A DNA stretch of 64,000 nt, taken from the NCBI GenBank assembly GCA_951406725.2, contig OX597815.1:84754001-84818000 (forward strand), given 5' to 3'. The notes below the pieces were generated by a model, which made no database searches, had not been told where the DNA came from, and was given only the letters and a program-made list of their open reading frames with translations. This document shows positions 40,166 to 53,049 of the stretch, in pieces (the first letter of the stretch is position 1; the number at the start of each line of letters is the position of its first letter). Both the position numbers and the translations under genes were made by a program. This DNA is from Octopus vulgaris. Taxonomy: Eukaryota.

Positions 40166-40904
40166 ACACAGCTTAATAATAAAAGAACCGGAGAAAAGAA
40201 TCATCGTGTGGTCATCTACTAAAAAGGTGATGATTATAATTTTTTCATAATATTTGGCAGAATTGGAATTTTGAATTTGAAATTAAGGAATTGTAAAGAA
40301 AAAGATGCTTTTCACATATCTTTTTTTTCTCTTTTAATTATTTATTACGCAGTTCTAAAGTTTTTTAGACCCTGATGATCAAGTATAGAACTATTTCACT
40401 CCTTTTAGAAATCACCGGTATGATGTAACCTTGGATTTATTAATTAAGCATTTTATAAAGTGAAACACTTCTTATAAAAGGAAAATAATTACAGTCGAGA
40501 AGGAATTCATGGAACGTGTTACAATTTGGGGTTTTTTTTGGGGGGGGGGCGTCTTTTTTATCTACATAGTTTGTTCGTATATTAGCAATGGAGAGAAAAG
40601 AGTGACATTTGTTTGTGCCTACATACTGTTTTCAGGGATTTTTTTTCTTGTGAAAGTATCTTAATGTTATAATTAGATTCCCTTTTAAAGACAAACAAAA
40701 TTATATATATACATATATATATATAGACAAATAGAGGAATATCAGATACCAATGTATTCTTCATTTAATATACATACACACACATACACACACGCATACA
40801 TACACACACACACTCATATATATACAGAGAGACAGACAGACAGACAGACAGAGAAGTGTATGTGTGTGTATGTATGTATATATGTATGTATGCTCACGCT
40901 TAAC

Positions 40905-41087
40905 ACAAAATCTCCACTTTTGGTGGGGGGGAGGTCAGTCGATTAGACCGATCCAACTATTTGAATGTTTCTTAATTTTATCTGCATTGAAAGGATGGAG
41001 GATAAAGTTGACTTCAGTGGGTTTTGAACTCAGAACGTGAACAACCAGATGAATTGCAGCTGAACATTTTGACCGACGCGCTAATGA
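40905..41087 (-). mobile_element. SINE family A, degenerate
   Basis: gaaaggatggaggataaagttgacttc...ttgaactcagaacgtg. Confidence 0.7.
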
Positions 41088-41233
41088 TGTATTTTGTACT
41101 GTATATTAATTTGGCTAAACCCAGCCGAATATATACGTATGTGTATGTGTGTGTGTGCATGTTTGTGTGTGTGTGTTATAATTAATTTTATATCTTATAT
41201 GATATTATAATATTTATTATGTAATATATATGC

Positions 41234-41274
<41 letters not shown>

Positions 41275-41334
41275 ATATTCATATCATATATATATACATA
41301 TATATTATTATTATTATTATTATTATCATCATAT

Positions 41335-41382
<48 letters not shown>

Positions 41383-41791
41383 TACACGCAGAAGCTTAAA
41401 TGTTTAATCCTAATTCATTAATAACATTATTTAAAACACGCAATTTTTACGGAATTATTTTGCACATTAACTGCATAAAAACACGTGACTACATACATAC
41501 TATATACATGTATATGTGTGTCTACACATATGTGCGTGTATGTGCATGTATGTATATAAATTATATATATATATAATTGATATATATATATATACATGTG
41601 CGCGGGCACACGTGCAAAGAAGCTAACACATACAGATGCCCACATGTGTTGTTTCTCACGTTTTTGCTTTTTTTGTTTTTGTTTTTATTTTGTTTTTTAT
41701 TTGTTTTTTTCATATACATTTAGGTAAATGTGCGTGTGTAGTGAATGTGGGCGTATATAGAACGAGAAAATTATTGATGGATATGGAAGGA

Positions 41792-41828
<37 letters not shown>

Positions 41829-42059
41829 GGAGAATGAAAGGGAGAGTGAGAAAGACAGCGAGAAAGAGAGTGATGAATGGATGGATGGATGGAAGGACTG
41901 GGTGAGATAGGAAAGACTGGCGGATGGATGGATGAATTCTTTCAAGTATATGCAGCCAGGCTCTAACAACACAATAACAACAGCGGCAACAACCTCGACA
42001 GTCACTAGAAAAACACAAACAGTAACGACTTCCTACATCACTGTGTGCATGCGTGAGCA

Positions 42060-42066
42060 TATATGC

Positions 42067-42150
<84 letters not shown>

Positions 42151-42203
42151 ATGATTTCTCTTGAATGAAACAGTTCTAGTCCTGTAGAAGCTCCTTCTAT
42201 ATA

Positions 42204-42243
<40 letters not shown>

Positions 42244-42396
42244 ATATATGTACATATTTACACACACACACATATATTTATATGTATGTGGATATATAGA
42301 TATATATGCGTATGCGCATGTATATATATAATCATGCGTATATGCGTGATGCTTGGATATATGTATATCCGTACTTCTGTGACTGTTTTGTGTGTA

Positions 42397-42448
<52 letters not shown>

Positions 42449-42552
42449 TGATGGAAAAATATGCCAATTTCAGAGTCATGATATTTCAAATTGACGCCTG
42501 CCAAAAAAGTTATTTGATTGCTACCGTGAACACACATATATATATATATATA

Positions 42553-42606
<54 letters not shown>

Positions 42607-42662
42607 TATATATATGTATATGTACATATATATATGTATATATATATATGTGTATGTATACG

Positions 42663-42714
<52 letters not shown>

Positions 42715-42857
42715 TAGGTATAGATATAACTATACATATATGCATACATGAGTTTATTTGTGTCTGTGTCTCCTTGCATGTATACATGTTTCTATGTGTT
42801 AATGCATGTCTGTGTGCGCTCGCGTGTTTGTGCATGTGTATATATGTTTGCTTGTGC

Positions 42858-42894
<37 letters not shown>

Positions 42895-42900
42895 CGTGCA
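42060..42900. repeat. Compound (TA)n/(TG)n low-complexity block
   Basis: Read directly. Confidence 0.92.
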
Positions 42901-43125
42901 TGTGTGCGAAGGAGTTATAAGGTGGTGGGGACATATAGGAGGGTCGTAGAGTGGGGATGGGTTATGTAGAATTTTTTTGGTTTTTTTTGGTTTATATATA
43001 TATATGAATTTTTTTTCGGCAAAATAACATTAGCTAAGCTTATTTTCCAGGTCGTGACCTTCATCTAGGTAACAAAGGAATGTAAAGGAAGTGTTGCGAG
43101 GTGGGTGGGGGGGGACGATGACGAA

Positions 43126-43470
43126 GTTATTGTTGTTGTTGTTCTTGTGGTTGATGGTGGTGGTAGTGGTGGTGGTGTCGGTGTTGTGCTTTTGGTTGTA
43201 GTCGGCACAATGGTGGTTGTTGTTTTTGCTGTTGTTGACGTCGTTGCGGCTGTTGTTGTTGTTTTTGATAGCTGTGGCGATGATGATGGTGGTGGTGGCG
43301 GCGGCGGCGGCGGCGGTGGTGGTGGTGGTGGTGGTGGTGGCAGCGGCGGTGGCAGTGGCGGTGGCGGCGGTGATGGCGGTGGTGGTGGTGGCGGTGGTGG
43401 CGGTGGTGGCGGTGGTGGCGGTGGTAGTGGTGGTGTTCCTCTTAATAGCTTTTGTTGTTGTTGTTGTTGC
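43126..43470. repeat. (GTT)n/(GGT)n/(GGC)n trinucleotide tract
   Basis: Read directly; source of the poly-G and poly-V ORFs. Confidence 0.92.
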
Positions 43471-43919
43471 TTATTTCACGTTTGTTATTCATGTTGTTGA
43501 TATTGCTGTTTCTTTGGTATTCTTACTAGTAATAACATTCGTATAGTTCTTCCTTTTTTTTCTCTCTCTTATTCTCGTTGTAGTTGTTATTACCATTTTT
43601 GTTGTTATCGTTGTCGTTGTTGTGTTGTTTTATTGTGGCTGTTGTGACTTTCAGTTGTTTCCTGTTATTACTTGTTACAGTTCTAAATAACTGTTTTATT
43701 TTTCGTTTGTTTGTTTTTTTTCTTTTACTTTCATATTTTGTTGTTTTTTTTGCCCTTATTGCTTCGTGTTGCTATTGTACTTTTTGTTGTCTTAAAAGAG
43801 TCTGTAGTCGTAAGAGGTAGTGGTAGGCATTAATGGTGGTTGTTGTTACGCTTACAGCTGTTGTTAGGATGGCTGAGAATACTCTCTGCCGAATATAGCA
43901 GCGTTTCTTGTTTATTTAC

Positions 43920-44191
43920 ACATGTGGCTGTGTGGTAAGAAGTTTGCTTCCCAATCACATGGTTCCGAGTTCATTTCCACTGCGTGACAACTTTCGGCTG
44001 TGTACTGTTGGCGATTTTTTTTTTCCTCCGTCTTCCCTTCTCTGGATCTTTCCTTCTCCTATGTTTCCGACGAAGAGCTCCGCTCGAAACGTTAAACCCT
44101 CCTTCTTTCCTTCTTTCCTGAGCGTCCAATAATACTATATTTGTTCCACGTCCTCGCGTTGTTGTGTTTTTGTGCTTTCATGTTTGGATTA

Positions 44192-44259
<68 letters not shown>

Positions 44260-44490
44260 TGTATGTGGGTGTGCGACTTTGTGTATGAGTTTGTCCTCCA
44301 GCACCGTTTGGCAGCCGGTATTAGTTTGTTTACTTCTGCGTAACTTAGTGATTCGGCATAAGAGACCAATAGAACAAGTACCTGGCTTTAAAAAAAATAA
44401 GTCCCGGAAACCATTTATTCGACAAAGCCCGTCAAGATGGTGCCCCAGCATGGCCGCCGTTCAACAATCGAAACAAATAAAAGATAGAAG
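43920..44490 (+). mobile_element. SINE family B copy whose 5' body is replaced by a Penelope pLTR-like segment (about 43997-44195)
   Basis: Head tggctgtgtggtaagaagtttgcttccc; unrelated segment ending in (TA)n; family B 3' half resumes at about 44270. Confidence 0.75.
44063..44097 (+). ncRNA. Minimal type I hammerhead ribozyme motif with one core substitution
   Basis: gttt-CCGACGA-a GAGC tcc GCTC-GAAAC-GTT-aaac; stem I gttt/aaac, stem II gagc/gctc, loopless palindromic stem III ACGT. Confidence 0.65.
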
Positions 44491-44493
44491 GAT

Positions 44494-44533
44494 GTTGTTG
44501 GTGTTGGTGTCTTCGTCGTCGTCGTCGTCGTCG

Positions 44534-44604
<71 letters not shown>

Positions 44605-44665
44605 GCTGCTGCTGCTGCTGTCATTGCTCTTGTTGTTGCTGTTGTTGTTGTTGTTGCTGTTGTTG

Positions 44666-44697
<32 letters not shown>

Positions 44698-44797
44698 GGT
44701 GGTGGTGGTGGTAGTGGTGGTGGTGGTGGTGGTGGTGGTGATGGTGATGGTGGTGATGGTGGTGGTGGTGATGGTGGTGGTGGTGATGGTGGTGGTG
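44494..44797. repeat. (GTT)n/(GGT)n microsatellite (tail of the family E copy at 44798-44980, minus strand)
   Basis: Read directly. Confidence 0.93.
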
Positions 44798-45410
44798 TTT
44801 AACTCAGGTCAGCCCTACGCGAACAAACCTTTAATTGAATACTTTCCAACCCTGAATAATTCATTGTATTTTTCCATCAGGTACTACCAGACTGTCCAAT
44901 ACGTCCTTCTCAATTTAAGACCATAGAATGTGATTTAAACGAAGCTGGCAGTTATTTCTAGCAGATGAAGCGGCCACGTATAAGATCTCTTGGATCGGTT
45001 TTGGATTAATTTGTTTATTTTTGGTAATTTCTTCTTGGCTTCTCTGGTAAAAAAAAAATTGCTGTTTCCTCTCATTGTTTTCCTTTGAGAATGAAGTTTG
45101 TGACTTCATGCTACTTTTAGTCCTACTTTTAGTCCCAAAAATCCTTTTAGTCCTAAGTAATCATTAGTCATATATGACAGATATTCGCGTGAATCAGCAA
45201 ACAGTTTGTTCACTAAAAGTTATAAACAAAACCGTCGTCTCTTTTTTAGCTTCAAATGTCTGGGTACTTCCGGTTGACGGGACACATGTCGAAAACCCCT
45301 GTCTCTCAGAAAGAATCCTTTGTGCCAATGGATCGACTGTCTAATGAACACTTAGCCGTCATAAAAATGGAGAATTCCTGCGACATATAGAACAGCTATT
45401 AACGTATTTG

Positions 45411-46247
45411 GGATCTTTTCCTTTTGAACGGCACTTTGTAACATAATTTCTAGGTAACTAAAAAGTTTTAAACTTCGTATACTGGTAGAATGTGTTTATA
45501 AAACATCATTTTCTCTTGGCTTTATTGAGAAAATTCTATAGGTTGTAAGATATTTCGTCTTTAATTTCGAGCATTTCAGCAATTTTAACCAATCACTGAC
45601 GTCCATTTAGGTAAATAACATTCTGTGCATAATGAATATGTCCCCCCTTTAAGAAACAGGTTGGGTTTATTTACATTTGTGAAGAAAAAAAGATACCCTT
45701 CCCCAACCCCTAACCCTAACCCTAACCCTAACCCTAACTAACCCTAACCCTAAATCTAAAATAGATTGAAATGCAATAGATCGATACTAGGGCCATAATT
45801 ATGGGTGACATTTTCATTTGACACCGCTAGAAAAAAATCCCATTTTCCGTAGCGGTGTCGTATGAAATTGTCACCCATAATTATAACCCTAGTATCGATC
45901 TATTGCATCTCAATCTATTTTAGATTTAGGGTTAGAGTTAGGGTTAGGGTTAGGGGTGGGGGAAGGGTTTTTTCTTCACAAATGTAAATAAACCCAATCT
46001 GTTTCTTAAAGGAGGGACATATTCATTATGCACAGAATGTTATTTACCTAAATGGACGTCAGCGATTGGTTAAAATTGCCTAAATGCTCGACATTAAAGA
46101 CGAAATATGTTACAACATATAGAATTTCCTCAATAAAGTCAAGAAAAAGTGATGTTTTATAAACACATTCGACCAGTATACGAAGTTTTAAACTTTTTAG
46201 TTACCTAGAAATTATGTTACAAAGTGTCGTTCAAAAGGAAAAGATCT
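45411..46247. mobile_element. 837-bp palindromic non-autonomous DNA transposon with 8-bp TSD and internal telomeric repeats
   Basis: TSD cgtatttg at 45403-45410 and 46248-46255; ends ggatcttttccttttgaacg / cgttcaaaaggaaaagatct; arms of about 400 bp; (CCCTAA)n at about 45707-45753 and (TTAGGG)n at about 45926-45955. Confidence 0.93.
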
Positions 46248-46429
46248 CGTATTTGTGTTCAAGTCTGTCAGAACGTATTGAAAATGAATATGCAAATCAT
46301 CGTTTCACGCATCGCTGTTCACAGTGCAAATAACGATTTATCCTGAAGTATGTTGTTATATTTCGGGATTCTCATTTTTTTTTCTAGATAAATATACATA
46401 CTATATATTCGTTCTTCACTTCGGCTTTA

Positions 46430-47399
46430 TTATTACCTCCGCCTTAGCGAAGGCAGAAGTATTGTTTTCAGTCGTGTTTGTTTGTTTGTTTGTTTGCCCG
46501 TGGACTAGATATCTCAAGAATCGCTGGATGGATTCGGATGAAACTTTCAGGGATGTTTGGCCTTGTAACTGGCACGAACTTGTTAAATTTTGGGATCGAT
46601 CCGGTACTAGACAAAGATTCTAGATTATTTGTTATGTTTATTTTACATGAAGTATTACGATCTCTGATTATCTCACTTGAAAGCACATTCATTGTTTCCA
46701 ATTATTAACTTTACTCGAGTCTCTATCTTAGTAGAAACTGACAGATAAAGAAATCAACAAACGGCAGCAAAACCATTCAGAAATTAAATAACACTAACGT
46801 ATTCAGTAACAATAATAAATTCAATTTATCCTCGACAATTTTGAATATATCGGTCCTGTTTAAAACATCTTACCTACTTGACAATTGTATTTCTAGCTCT
46901 GCCTTGAAAGAAGATTTACTTCTTGGACTCACGTTTTTGTGCGCAACGATTTTGTTAAAACTCCGTTAACTGCACCCTTTGCGTTTTCTTTCATGTACGG
47001 ATAATTTTTACTATAGACCTTAACGGTCGTAAAGACACTATATCAGTGGATAGACTAAAAAAGGCCTTCATAGAGAAAACTATCCCTATTCCCACTGCAG
47101 ACGACATACACACAGCATTACAAACACGACCCGCTCACCCACCTTCACATTCCATGACTACCATTGGGATCGATCAGGTACCGGACACGGATTCTGGATT
47201 ATTTTTCTGTTTTGGGGGGGTTTTTTGTTTGTTTTTACTTAATTTTTGAGAGCGGTCGGGTTCATTTTTAGTATTCTCGTTTGTGAGAGCAGTCGGATTT
47301 ATTTCAAATATTCTCATTTTAAAAATCATCTCCGGCTAATCGTTGAGAGGATGTTGGTGTTGCCTTGGCGACGGTTTGCGCTCTCCGAGTGCCCTTGTT
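46430..47399 (+). mobile_element. Non-autonomous Helentron/DINE-1-like (HINE) element
   Basis: 5' ttattacctccgcc plus short hairpin, (GTTT)n core; 3' subterminal ggcgacgg and hairpin gcgctc-tcc-gagtgc; inserted at a TT site without TSD. Confidence 0.75.
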
Positions 47400-48087
47400 G
47401 TTCTTATTTTAGCGTTCTTAGTCTAAAATCTTTCATTGCACATTTTGTGACTTCTCCAGCGACTCTCTCCATCCCATATGTCTCCTCCTGTTCTGTTTAA
47501 TCCGCAAGAACAATAATAAAGCTGAAGTGGAGAACGAATATATAGTACGTGTGTTTATTTGGCAAAAAAAATATTACCATCACCACATATAACGATATAT
47601 GTTTCCAACACTCGATTTCACACCAGGAATCTTGCAAACCAAATACATAAACGCAACCTATGTAAACTATTTCCCCTAAAAGTTTAATGCATGAGAAGCC
47701 AAAGTGATGCAATTGAGATTTTACTGCAGAAGAGTAGCGTCATTTAGCCGCAGGTCAGCTCGGATCCACTATATCCATATTCAAAGACATTCTAACCGTG
47801 ACCCCAATCCATTCATTGTAATGGTCATTTATTGTTCATGATAGTGACCTTCAGCAAACCAGCGGAAAGAATCGTAACAGTGGTAGTACAGTAGTTATGA
47901 TTAGATTGTTGCTGTTATTGTATTTAATGATATTGCTGTATCAAAAGCGTTCCGAGCATGCCCCTACCTTTTCAAATACGATGTAGGCAAGATTAGATTT
48001 TTTAATGTGTACTTTTTCAAAAGTGGTAGCTTCTGGTTTTAGGGAAATGTCGCTGTTATTTCTAGTAGACAAAATTAGTGTGTAGAG

Positions 48088-48263
48088 CAGTGTTTCCCGC
48101 ACTGCGGTGCCAAAAACACGTTTTGGGGGATATTGGAAATTCAAATTAAACTACAGTGGTGTTTCCTTTGAATACCACTACGGAAGTTTTAAGGACGGGT
48201 ACTGACTGATTCGATTTGTCATCAAAATGGGTACTAGACTTTGTGAAAGATTAGGAAACACTG
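48088..48263. mobile_element. hAT-type MITE (old)
   Basis: TIRs cagtgtttccc / aggaaacactg; degenerate 8-bp flanks gtgtagag / gtttggaa. Confidence 0.6.
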
Positions 48264-48479
48264 GTTTGGAAGCCCTCTCTTATCACATGATGGTGATGAT
48301 GGTAGTGATGATAATAAGGAGGAGAGGCAGGGAGCAGGGAAGGGGGAGTTCACTATTAGTTGTTGTTCCTGCTGAGTAGTCACATTCAATTTTGCTTTTA
48401 GAGTTGGCTAATGACTCAAAAACGGTTTATAAAATGAAATTATTCAAATCGACTCTCAATCTTATTCCAATTGTGTGAC

Positions 48480-48950
48480 AGTTTATCCAAAATAATATCA
48501 AACCTATTTTAGAAAGAGTGATGAGTTCGCTTAGAGATTTGGTCAATCCTACAAGAATCCCGAACGACTCCCTTCAACTGATCCAGCCTTGACCTAATCT
48601 TACACTTCTAGTGGTTAGTCCCAAGGTTTAATGCTAAGCTCCGATTATTTAGTGTGAAGTTCAGGAAAAATATATAAGGTCATGCAGATAAAATATTATC
48701 TTTGCAGGGGAGCATTCTAAAACCTATTCCTTAACATCTTAACTACTTTTGCGGTGGCTAGATGCAGTAAGGTGTGAAGGATTAAGACCATACACACATT
48801 CTAATGAGCCATATCAGTTTCAATGCTATGACCTCAGCAATTACACTTAGTAAGTTATTCAACAATCTATATTGCTTTTCACGACTTTCACGAATATTCC
48901 TGTACGTAGGGATTCTATTACTAGGGCTTCAACAGATATGTCGCTGATTC
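48480..48950 (+). pseudogene. Possible highly decayed non-LTR reverse transcriptase remnant
   Basis: Short motif QGSILKPI (resembles QGSILSP) at about 48708; the rest is barely alignable. Confidence 0.3.
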
Positions 48951-50544
48951 ATTCAGGATGTCTAATATGATTAAGACATGTTCGGAGTTTCTCCGATTAT
49001 CAATGTAATAATTAAAATGATATTAGTTATTGAGCTAGTAATGTCTCTTTTCGCCTCATATTTATTTCTAATTAGCTTTTTAATACTCACTATATTAAAA
49101 ATGCCAACACTTAGTTAGCTACTGTAAGCTGACTGTTAGATGGCTTATGCACGCAGTCAGTTCACCTTTCTTTAAATTTATGGTACTATTTTATATTGTT
49201 GATAGGTGATAAGATTTATACTTCTCGGATTGATAAAATAGGTACTAACTGGTGTTGTTTAGCCTCGGGTCAGACCTGATTAGGCAGGCCTGTGATCTAA
49301 TAACTCTCCAGCTTAAACAATGATAATTCCACTATTTTATGCAACTAAGACTACTGTGTCCATTTTTGTGTCTTTCCAATTCTAAGAGGGAGAAATTTGA
49401 TTTCAGGGAGATTCGGAAGCAATTTCTAGCAAGGGGATTGAATAAAGCGAATGCATATTTGGTACATATTTCCGTTTTCATGCGAAGCGATATCCTAATG
49501 TCCAGTAGACATATCTTCCGACACAGCCATGTTAGAGGTTATGCTCAGATTTCGGACATTTGGCATCAGAAAACACATACGGTACTATGCCAGCTAAACA
49601 ATGGGGTGGGCGAAAAGACAACACTTGCATTCTATAAAAAATTTGTGATGAGCACAAGCAATGATCTGTAAACAACTCCGGGCGCCGACGAGCACAGATG
49701 AAATTCCTGAGGTTGTGGTGGTTCTTTTTGTTTTGCTTTGTAACTCAGTTACTGTTGCTATTACGGTAGCCATTTTGTGTTGTTGTTACTGTCGTTGTTT
49801 TGTATTGCAGTTGTTCTAGCTGTTGCTAACTGTGGATGCTTTTCTGTTACAGTGGCAATTGCTGTTGTTGACCGTATTTATTTATTTATTTATTTATTTA
49901 TTTCAGTCGCTTCTATTACAGAGACTGTTTTGTGTAGCCGTTATTCTTTCAGTTGTTGTCATTGTTATCACGGTTGCTATTTTGTTTTGCAGCTGCAGAT
50001 GCTGTCGTCGCAGTAATTGTTGTTGTGAGGATGTTGCTGCTTCTATAACATTGTTATTGATGTTGCTGCTGCTGCTACAATTTTTATTTTCTGTTTGTAT
50101 GACTGATAGTGACGTTGCCGTTCTTGTAACACTGTTATTTGTTGTGGTTGTGACTGCCATTGTTGATAATGTTTTTCTTGTTTGTATGACTGCTAGTGAT
50201 GTTGCTGTTGTTGTAGTTGTTGTTGTTGTCATTACTCCCGCTTTATTCAATAACGGGAAGGAGAGAGAGAGAGAAAAAAATCAACTAAAAAATACCTCCC
50301 ATATCACTGATTACAAAAATGACAGCTAAAGTCCAGGATAAAATCAACCCACATACACAATCAGGAAGCTCGATGTGATTGTTTTTTGAGATGACTTTTC
50401 TTTCTATTGAATTAACGGAAGTCTATTGCAAATGTGTGCGTGTGTGCATGTGTGTGTTTGTGTTCATGCACACACATATATATGTATATATATATACATA
50501 CATATACACACACACATATACACACACATATATATGTATGTATA

Positions 50545-50598
<54 letters not shown>

Positions 50599-51484
50599 GT
50601 GTATATATGCATCTGTGTTTTGACATGTTTCTGTGTCAGTGGTTTCGTCGTGTCTTTTACTTGTCTGTTGTTGTTGCTGTTACTGCTGTTGTATATGTGG
50701 CATTTTGTTTGTGCATATTCAAGAGTGTACGTAATGTCTACAAATAAGCGTGACACCCAAGGAATGTGTGTGTGTGCGTGCGTGTGTGTGTGTGCGTGTG
50801 TGTGTTTATATTGATGTGCATACACAGGAGCAAATGACATTGTGGTTTTTGCGGCCATTTTGTTAGACATCCATTTGTTTGATATGCATGCAAATTTGGG
50901 TTTCAGCTTGTACATGCTTTCCCACATAAATACATACAAACATACATACATGTATATATATATATGTGCGTGTGCATGCATGTGTGTGTTACACGTATAT
51001 GTACACATGTATATATGTATATGTATATATACATATATATATATACATGCATATATGCGTATTTGTATATTTATACATATCTACATAGAAAGAGAGAGGT
51101 GGCGGAAATTTTATTTTTCTCTTTATATTATTTGTACATGCATATATACTTCTGAGTCACAATTTTTTTAATAGTTTTATATTACGTTTCCTACTCGTTT
51201 GTAGCATTCGCAAATTGTTTTGTGTTCATTATACATACACCCCCCCACACACACACACATACATACACACATACATACATACATACATACATACATACAA
51301 ACATACATACATACATACATACATACATACATACATACATACATACATACATACATACATGCATACACATACTTATATATATATGTATATATATATATAT
51401 GCTTACCTACTTCCTATATATATATAAATATAGGTATATATATATACATATATAAATATATACACACCTATATTTCAATGTATG

Positions 51485-51517
<33 letters not shown>

Positions 51518-51574
51518 ACATAGGCTCAAAAACACATTCATGTGCATTAGTATAAACTTATATAGATATGTGTG

Positions 51575-51636
<62 letters not shown>

Positions 51637-51795
51637 CGTATATATATATATATTATACACACATGCACAAATACGTGAATATAGCATTTTTGTATATTTG
51701 CTCGTATTTATGTATATATAAATTGTACAGTATGTAGATATGTATATAAAATACTGTGTCTCTAAATCACCTTATGTATATAAATACAAGTAACA

Positions 51796-51848
<53 letters not shown>

Positions 51849-51889
51849 AGTATGTGTACATAGTCACAAGCATTCACCCGCACGCACAC

Positions 51890-51955
<66 letters not shown>

Positions 51956-52289
51956 GAATTCAGTATGTGTGTATGAGTGCATATTCTCGTATATATGAAT
52001 GTAATAAGCGCTGGCGAGGTGACACGTGTAAATCAATACCTTGTGTTATTTCATTCGACGTTTGATTAATATTGTTTGCTTTCTGCTTTTTTTTTCTTCT
52101 CATTTGGTTCCGTTGTTATTGCTGACTCGGCACAAATCTCTGGCGGTGGTGGTGGCGGCGTCGGCGGTGGTGGTGGTGGTGGTGGTGGTGGTAGCGGCGG
52201 CGGATGTAGGGATATAGCGGCGGTAGTGCAGCAGCAACGGCAGTGGAGACAGTGAGGGAAGCGGAATAAGCGGGCGACAGAGGCGCAAT

Positions 52290-52477
52290 GGCGGCAGCGG
52301 TGCAATGGCGGCAGCGGTGCCAAGGCAGCAGCGGTGCCAAGGCTGCAGCGGTGCCAAGGCGGCAGCGGTACAATGGCGGCAGCGGTACAATGGCGGCAGC
52401 GGTGCCAAGGCGGCAGCGGTGCCAAGGCGGCAGCGGTGCCAAGGCGGCAGCGGCGCCAAGGCGGCAGCTGTAACAAT
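52290..52477. repeat. GC-rich 17-bp minisatellite, 11 copies (ggcggcagcggtgccaa)
   Basis: Units counted directly; variants end in caat or ccaa. Confidence 0.95.
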
Positions 52478-53049
52478 GGCGACAGCTTCATCGCCTCCTC
52501 AAATGAAGACCTTCCGTCTTTAAGGTCGATTAGATAATCCATTAGCTCTTCCATGGCGAGTCGAAGAAACACCCATGAATCTTATCACTTCATAGCTCGA
52601 AGTGAGCTTCTCCTGTCGGATCTACTTGCTTTGGACTTAGCCTCTCCTTTATTTCATTGGGCTTTTCTTCTTTTCCTAGCTTTCTACCTTTCTTTAGTTT
52701 ATAGCTGCTGCTCTGTGTCGGAAGACAATCTATATGACTATGGTATTTGTATATATGTATAAAGTTTTCTACATAATCAAACTACGAAAATATATATTAG
52801 AAGGTATGCGCGAGTTATGAGAACGCGTCCGTGCTTGCTGTGCGCTCGCGCGTGTGTATGTGTGTTGTATGTATATGTATATGCATGTGTACTTCTAGTT
52901 TCTCACTAGTATGTCAGAGTTTTCTCATTGTTTGTTGTTGTTGCTGTTGTTGTTTCTGCTGTTATTGCAATTGTTTTTGGGTAGGTGGAATTATGTCGGT
53001 GTATATGTAAAAGTGTATGTAATCTCTGCATATACCCATGGCTGCCAAG

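Noticed and set aside
52066-52572. Pro/Cys/His-rich 168-aa ORF as a host gene
   Set aside because: Built from the 17-bp minisatellite and (GGT)n; similar ORFs occur in all frames
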